61,275 nt of DNA from an uncultured Alphaproteobacteria bacterium. Its GTDB lineage: Bacteria > Pseudomonadota > Alphaproteobacteria > Methylaequorales > Methylaequoraceae. Shown here in pieces: positions 57,661-61,275 of this stretch. The notes beneath the pieces are model-generated. The model had not been told where the DNA came from. It saw only the letters and a list, made by a program, of their open reading frames with translations, and searched no databases. Each line of letters begins with the position of its first letter. Position 1 is the first letter of the stretch. The stretch is from the NCBI GenBank assembly GCA_902590895.1, contig CACIYM010000003.1, forward strand, positions 1-61,275. Reading direction: 5' to 3'. The position numbers were made by a program, and so were the translations under genes.

Positions 57661-58218
57661 TTATCCTATCTTTATAATATCATCGCTCACAAATTTGTAA
57701 GGTGGAATTTCTAAATTTAAAGGGGCCGGACCTTTTCTAATCCTACCTGAAGTATCATAATGAGATCCGTGACACGGACAAAACCATCCACCGAACTCTC
57801 CTTTACTATCTCCAATCTTTTGACCTAAAGGAACGCAACCAAGGTGTGTACAAACGCCTACCACTACAAGCCACTTAGGGTTTTCAACTCTAGAATCATC
57901 TGTCGCTTTGTGTTTGAGGTTTTCAATTGATACATTAGAAGCTGAATCGATCTCTTCTTGACTTCTATGTCTAATGAAAATCGGTTTACCTCTCCACATT
58001 ACCGTTAGACTTTGCCCTTCCTCGACAGGCGACAAGTCGACTTCAGTTGTTGATAATGCAAGAACATCCTTGGCAGGGTTCATTGTGTTAATAAGGGAAA
58101 TTGCAGTGGCTGCGCCGCCCGCAATCGCCAATCCGGCGGTTGTTACGAACAGGAAATCCCTTTTTTCTTCATCAATCTTTGATGTTTCTTTTTTAGCTTG
58201 TATTGTAGTTTTTTTCAT
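57661..58218 (-). CDS. petA: Ubiquinol-cytochrome c reductase Rieske iron-sulfur subunit
   Basis: Rieske boxes CTHLGC and CPCHGSHYD. The MKKTT start at 58218 was chosen to avoid the spurious N-terminal extension in the ORF track. Confidence 0.92.
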   Translation of the reverse strand: MKKTTIQAKKETSKIDEEKRDFLFVTTAGLAIAGGAATAISLINTMNPAKDVLALSTTEVDLSPVEEGQSLTVMWRGKPIFIRHRSQEEIDSASNVSIENLKHKATDDSRVENPKWLVVVGVCTHLGCVPLGQKIGDSKGEFGGWFCPCHGSHYDTSGRIRKGPAPLNLEIPPYKFVSDDIIKIG

Positions 58219-58266
58219 AAAACAAATATATTTGATTATAATATAAAAAAAAAATATTTTAAAACA
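58219..58266. promoter_or_regulatory. Divergent promoter gap between petA operon (-) and hemF (+)
   Basis: Only 48 nt separate the two divergent starts once both are trimmed. Both promoters must lie here or within the flanking coding sequence. Confidence 0.35.
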
Positions 58267-59112
58267 ATGAAAAAAATACAACAAAATAAAATCATGTGCT
58301 CAAGATGGTTTCAATCACTCAGAAATTTGATTTGCAAAGAGATTGAGGCACTGGAGGAGAGTAGTGTTAAATTTAAAAGAAAAAAGTGGTTTAGAAATCC
58401 GAATGGTTCAGAAAACATGGGTGGTGGTGAAATGAGTGTTTTAAGAGGAGATACTTTTGAAAAAGCGGGTGTAAATATATCAACTGTTTTTGGGAGTATC
58501 TCAACTAATTTAAAGGGAAAGATTCCTGGTACTGATAATTACAATAAATTCTGGGCTTCAGGCATTTCGGTAGTAATACATCCTTTTTCCCCAAAAATAC
58601 CTGCAGTCCATATGAATACAAGGCATATAATAACCAAAAAATCATGGTTTGGAGGTGGGATGGACATTACTCCAACAGATCTTAAATCGAAAGAATCTGA
58701 AAGAATTGCTAAGTATTTTCATGATAATCTTAAAAAAATTTGTGAAGAAAATAAAAAGGGAAGTTATAAAGATTACAAAAAATGGTGTGACGAATATTTT
58801 TTTCTACCTCACAGAAATGAACCTAGGGGCTTAGGGGGAATTTTTTATGATTACTTAAACTCAAAAAATTGGGATACCGATTTTAATTTTACCAAAAAAG
58901 TAGGTAAAACTTTTATTGATTCATATAAGAATATTGTTACGAGGACTAAAAACAAAAAATGGAATGAAAAAGATAAGGATCTTCAACTTCATAGAAGATC
59001 AAGATACACCGAGTTTAATTTGCTTCATGACAGGGGCACTAAATTTGGCTTACAAACTAATGGAAACATCGACGCAATATTAATGTCATTACCTCCCGCA
59101 ACTGGTTGGTAG
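58267..59112 (+). CDS. hemF: Oxygen-dependent coproporphyrinogen III oxidase
   Basis: Motifs seen: GGGEMSVLRG, WFGGGMDITP, RGLGGIFYD, DRGTKFGLQT. ATG at 58267 chosen as start. Confidence 0.9.
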   Translation: MKKIQQNKIMCSRWFQSLRNLICKEIEALEESSVKFKRKKWFRNPNGSENMGGGEMSVLRGDTFEKAGVNISTVFGSISTNLKGKIPGTDNYNKFWASGISVVIHPFSPKIPAVHMNTRHIITKKSWFGGGMDITPTDLKSKESERIAKYFHDNLKKICEENKKGSYKDYKKWCDEYFFLPHRNEPRGLGGIFYDYLNSKNWDTDFNFTKKVGKTFIDSYKNIVTRTKNKKWNEKDKDLQLHRRSRYTEFNLLHDRGTKFGLQTNGNIDAILMSLPPATGW

Positions 59113-60318
59113 TAATTTTTTTTTGGCAAAATTAAGACATTGTTTTTTATTTGGCTTAAATTTATTTTTAATCCACCACTTTTCAATTTCAAGCAAAGCC
59201 TTCCCCATTTTTCTTCCCTTTATAAAACCCATATTTAACAGATCATAACCATTTATTGGTAAAAACTTTTTTTGAAGTTTCGTAAATTTTTTTAACAAAC
59301 TACTGGCTTTTTGACCACTAATTAATCCATCAGCATAGTTTATTAAAATATTGTCGTAAATTTGATCTTCAGATTTTTCTAAAATCTGTTTAGCTGTTGA
59401 ATATTCAGTGCTTATCTTAAAATTAAAGTTATATCTAATCCTGTCACTAAAATCTTTACTTATAATTTTTGAAAAATCTGGGTTTTTATTAGTATTTCTG
59501 ATCAAAAACTTTATTCTTCTAGTTTTGGAAACTTTTCTTAGTTTTTTTTCTATCCTGCATAACTTATCAAAATTAGAAAAATCTATTTCTGAGTTTAGGG
59601 CTAATTTTAAAAATGGAACTATTCTTGAAATAACAGATTTATTTTTTACGTTATCCAAAATTAAAATCTTTCCCAGCTCATTTATTCTTCTTTGCATTGA
59701 CAAATTAAGAATATTTTTTTTCAGTTTGTTGCATGCACTAAAACCATCACTATCAAAATTTTTCGAGTATAATAACGAAAATCTTATAAATCTCAATATT
59801 CTCAAATAGTCTTCTTTTATTCTATTCTCAGCTTTACCAATAAATCTTACTTTTTTATCTTTCAAATCCCTTAGACCATCGCAGGGATCCGTTAAATTTC
59901 CGTTCGTATCACAATATATGGCATTAATAGTAAAGTCTCTTCTTTCGGCGTCTAAATTTAAATCATCAGTAAATTTTACAGTTGTATATCTTCCATCAGT
60001 TTCCAGGTCTTGTCTCATTGATGTAACATCAAATGATGCCTTTTTAATGTGTGCAGTGATAGACCCATATTTTAATCCAGCTTTTGAAATTTTTATTTTT
60101 TTTTTTGCTAGTGCTTTCACTATTAAATTTATAGGTAAATCACACACTAAATCTGAGTGTGTTGTTCGTTTATTTTTTAATATTAAATCTCTTACATTAC
60201 CTCCAATCAAAAATAATTCACCTCCACAATTTTTTAATGCATTCTGAATAAATTTTATTTCATCTATCATTATTCCTAAACTTCTAGCTTGTTTCTCAAA
60301 ATCTATTATTTTATTCAT
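59089..60318 (-). CDS. cca: tRNA nucleotidyltransferase (CCA-adding)/poly(A) polymerase family protein
   Basis: Head-domain motifs LIGGNVRDLIL and RRDFTINAIY. 409 aa. Confidence 0.8.
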   Translation of the reverse strand: MNKIIDFEKQARSLGIMIDEIKFIQNALKNCGGELFLIGGNVRDLILKNKRTTHSDLVCDLPINLIVKALAKKKIKISKAGLKYGSITAHIKKASFDVTSMRQDLETDGRYTTVKFTDDLNLDAERRDFTINAIYCDTNGNLTDPCDGLRDLKDKKVRFIGKAENRIKEDYLRILRFIRFSLLYSKNFDSDGFSACNKLKKNILNLSMQRRINELGKILILDNVKNKSVISRIVPFLKLALNSEIDFSNFDKLCRIEKKLRKVSKTRRIKFLIRNTNKNPDFSKIISKDFSDRIRYNFNFKISTEYSTAKQILEKSEDQIYDNILINYADGLISGQKASSLLKKFTKLQKKFLPINGYDLLNMGFIKGRKMGKALLEIEKWWIKNKFKPNKKQCLNFAKKKLLPTSCGR

Positions 60319-60538
60319 TAAAATGACCTGGAACTATTTTTTCACCGTCAAATGTAGGGGGTATGTAGTTTTTTTTATTGTTTTTTTCATTTACTAGAAA
60401 AAAAGCAAAAAAGAATGACAATAGACAAATAATTAAAAAATAATTTAAAAGTAAAAACTTTTTTCCTAATTTTTTTGAAAAAAAGAAAATTCCTAAGATA
60501 AAAATAAAAATGATTATAAAAATTAATACTTTAATCAT
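60311..60538 (-). CDS. Hypothetical small membrane protein
   Basis: 75 aa with two hydrophobic helices and a polar tail YIPPTFDGEKIVPGHFNE. 8-nt overlap with the cca start suggests co-translation. No family was recognised. Confidence 0.4.
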   Translation of the reverse strand: MIKVLIFIIIFIFILGIFFFSKKLGKKFLLLNYFLIICLLSFFFAFFLVNEKNNKKNYIPPTFDGEKIVPGHFNE

Positions 60539-60580
60539 AATAGAAAAAATACTATCTTACCCTATTATTACAATAATTAT

Positions 60581-61275
60581 ATGTTTCGTAAACTCATGTC
60601 ACTTACTAAAATATGCAACAACAGTATTAAGCCATTTGTTTTATTTACATGCCTTTGGTTTTTTTCTTACACCGAAACAGAATCTAAGCTTCTTTCTTAT
60701 CAAAGCGAATACGAAGTTAGCTTAGGAAACTCAGATATAGTAAGAGTTCCTGGTAAAACCTATGTTGACAAAGCCTATGGCCAATTATTTATTGACTGGA
60801 TTAACAACTGCGACAATTCATGGGTTTCCAATCAAAGAATGATGACTAGATTTATCAACTCTTATGGGGTAGGAACAGTAAATGAGATTAATTATTCCAT
60901 AAATGAAAATGTTAGTGGAGAAAATATGGAATTTGTTCTTGAAGTAAAAGAAAATGCTGAGTTAGTTGAAAGAACAATTGGAAAAGCAAAAAAAGATAAT
61001 AATTTAATTGTCCAGTTTCCTCAAACTGATAAAAAAGACCTTACTTTCCCAAATGACGTTGTTTTCCCTCATACATTTCTCAAAGAAATAACTGATAAAC
61101 TCAATGGTGAGGAAAAAATGATTGTAAAAAAAGTCTATGAGGGAACCATTCCTGAGAACTTTTTTAATATCTCAGTTTTTTTCACCGACAAAATTGTTAA
61201 ATATTCTGAAGTTGATTTTCCTAGTGAAGTTAAGAATAAGTTTAAAAAACTTAGAATGTCTTATTACAAAGATAA
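60581..61275 (+). CDS. Periplasmic DUF1849/EipB-like protein, 3'-truncated by window edge
   Basis: The frame runs open from the ATG at 60581 to the window end, so it is absent from the ORF track for lack of a stop. It has a signal-like N-terminus. YQSEYEVSL, NQRMMTRF and FPHTFLKEI parallel remembered Brucella EipB (HRAIYDLSL, FPTRHMEELI). Confidence 0.55.
   Translation, partial: MFRKLMSLTKICNNSIKPFVLFTCLWFFSYTETESKLLSYQSEYEVSLGNSDIVRVPGKTYVDKAYGQLFIDWINNCDNSWVSNQRMMTRFINSYGVGTVNEINYSINENVSGENMEFVLEVKENAELVERTIGKAKKDNNLIVQFPQTDKKDLTFPNDVVFPHTFLKEITDKLNGEEKMIVKKVYEGTIPENFFNISVFFTDKIVKYSEVDFPSEVKNKFKKLRMSYYKD

Noticed and set aside
60510-60725. The 71-aa track ORF at the right end of the window.
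   Set aside because: It is overlapped by a much longer frame that stays open from 60581 to the window end and has DUF1849/EipB-like similarity. The 71-aa translation is featureless.
1-61275. A window-wide look for CRISPR arrays, transposases or integrases, prophage genes, toxin-antitoxin pairs, restriction-modification or other defence modules, and rRNA genes.
   Set aside because: No spaced direct-repeat arrays were seen. No ORF has transposase, integrase, phage or nuclease-defence motifs. Every ORF of at least 140 aa on the chosen strand has a housekeeping assignment.

Overview
This window is visibly AT-rich and extremely gene-dense. It holds about 60 protein genes and one tRNA, and many neighbouring genes overlap by 1-30 nt. 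Composition, compaction and synteny blocks (dcw cluster-lpxC-bamD-recN, yqeY-dnaG-rpoD, uvrC-pgsA-moaDE, ybjN-proC, lgt-DUF185-pgeF, petABC) suggest the core chromosome of a streamlined alphaproteobacterium of the SAR11/Pelagibacterales type. That lineage call is inference, not a database hit. Gene content is housekeeping:
- Cell wall and division: ftsW (partial), murG, murC, murB, ddl, ftsQ, ftsA.
- Envelope: lpxC, bamD, mlaA, mlaC, hldD, lgt.
- DNA repair: recN, uvrD-like helicase, uvrB, uvrC.
- Methionine and C1 metabolism: metF plus a three-piece metH.
- Transcription, replication and translation: rpoD, dnaG, greA, tRNA-CAU, rplY, pth, ychF, cca.
- Other metabolism: carAB, trxB, molybdopterin genes, ilvE, proC, prs, hemF.
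- Signalling: an OmpR/EnvZ-like two-component pair.
- Respiration: the cytochrome bc1 operon, packed directly against an mtnP-mtnA-aldolase cluster.

I found no mobile elements, CRISPR arrays, defence islands or clusters of unknown genes, and I cannot honestly claim a novel multi-gene system here. The best leads are:
1. metH is interrupted by one in-frame TAA at an A13 tract, and separately by a TGAtATG junction at a domain boundary.
2. An atypical 270-nt spacer upstream of uvrC carries a perfect DnaA-box palindrome, two direct-repeat pairs, and a 33-codon upstream ORF whose stop overlaps the uvrC start.
3. A DHAP-shunt-like SAM by-product salvage cluster is packed with no gap behind petABC.
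4. ftsZ is missing from its canonical slot in the dcw cluster.
5. Convergent genes systematically overlap at their 3' ends.

All homology calls come from motifs read in the supplied translations and from remembered reference sequences. None has been verified by a search.
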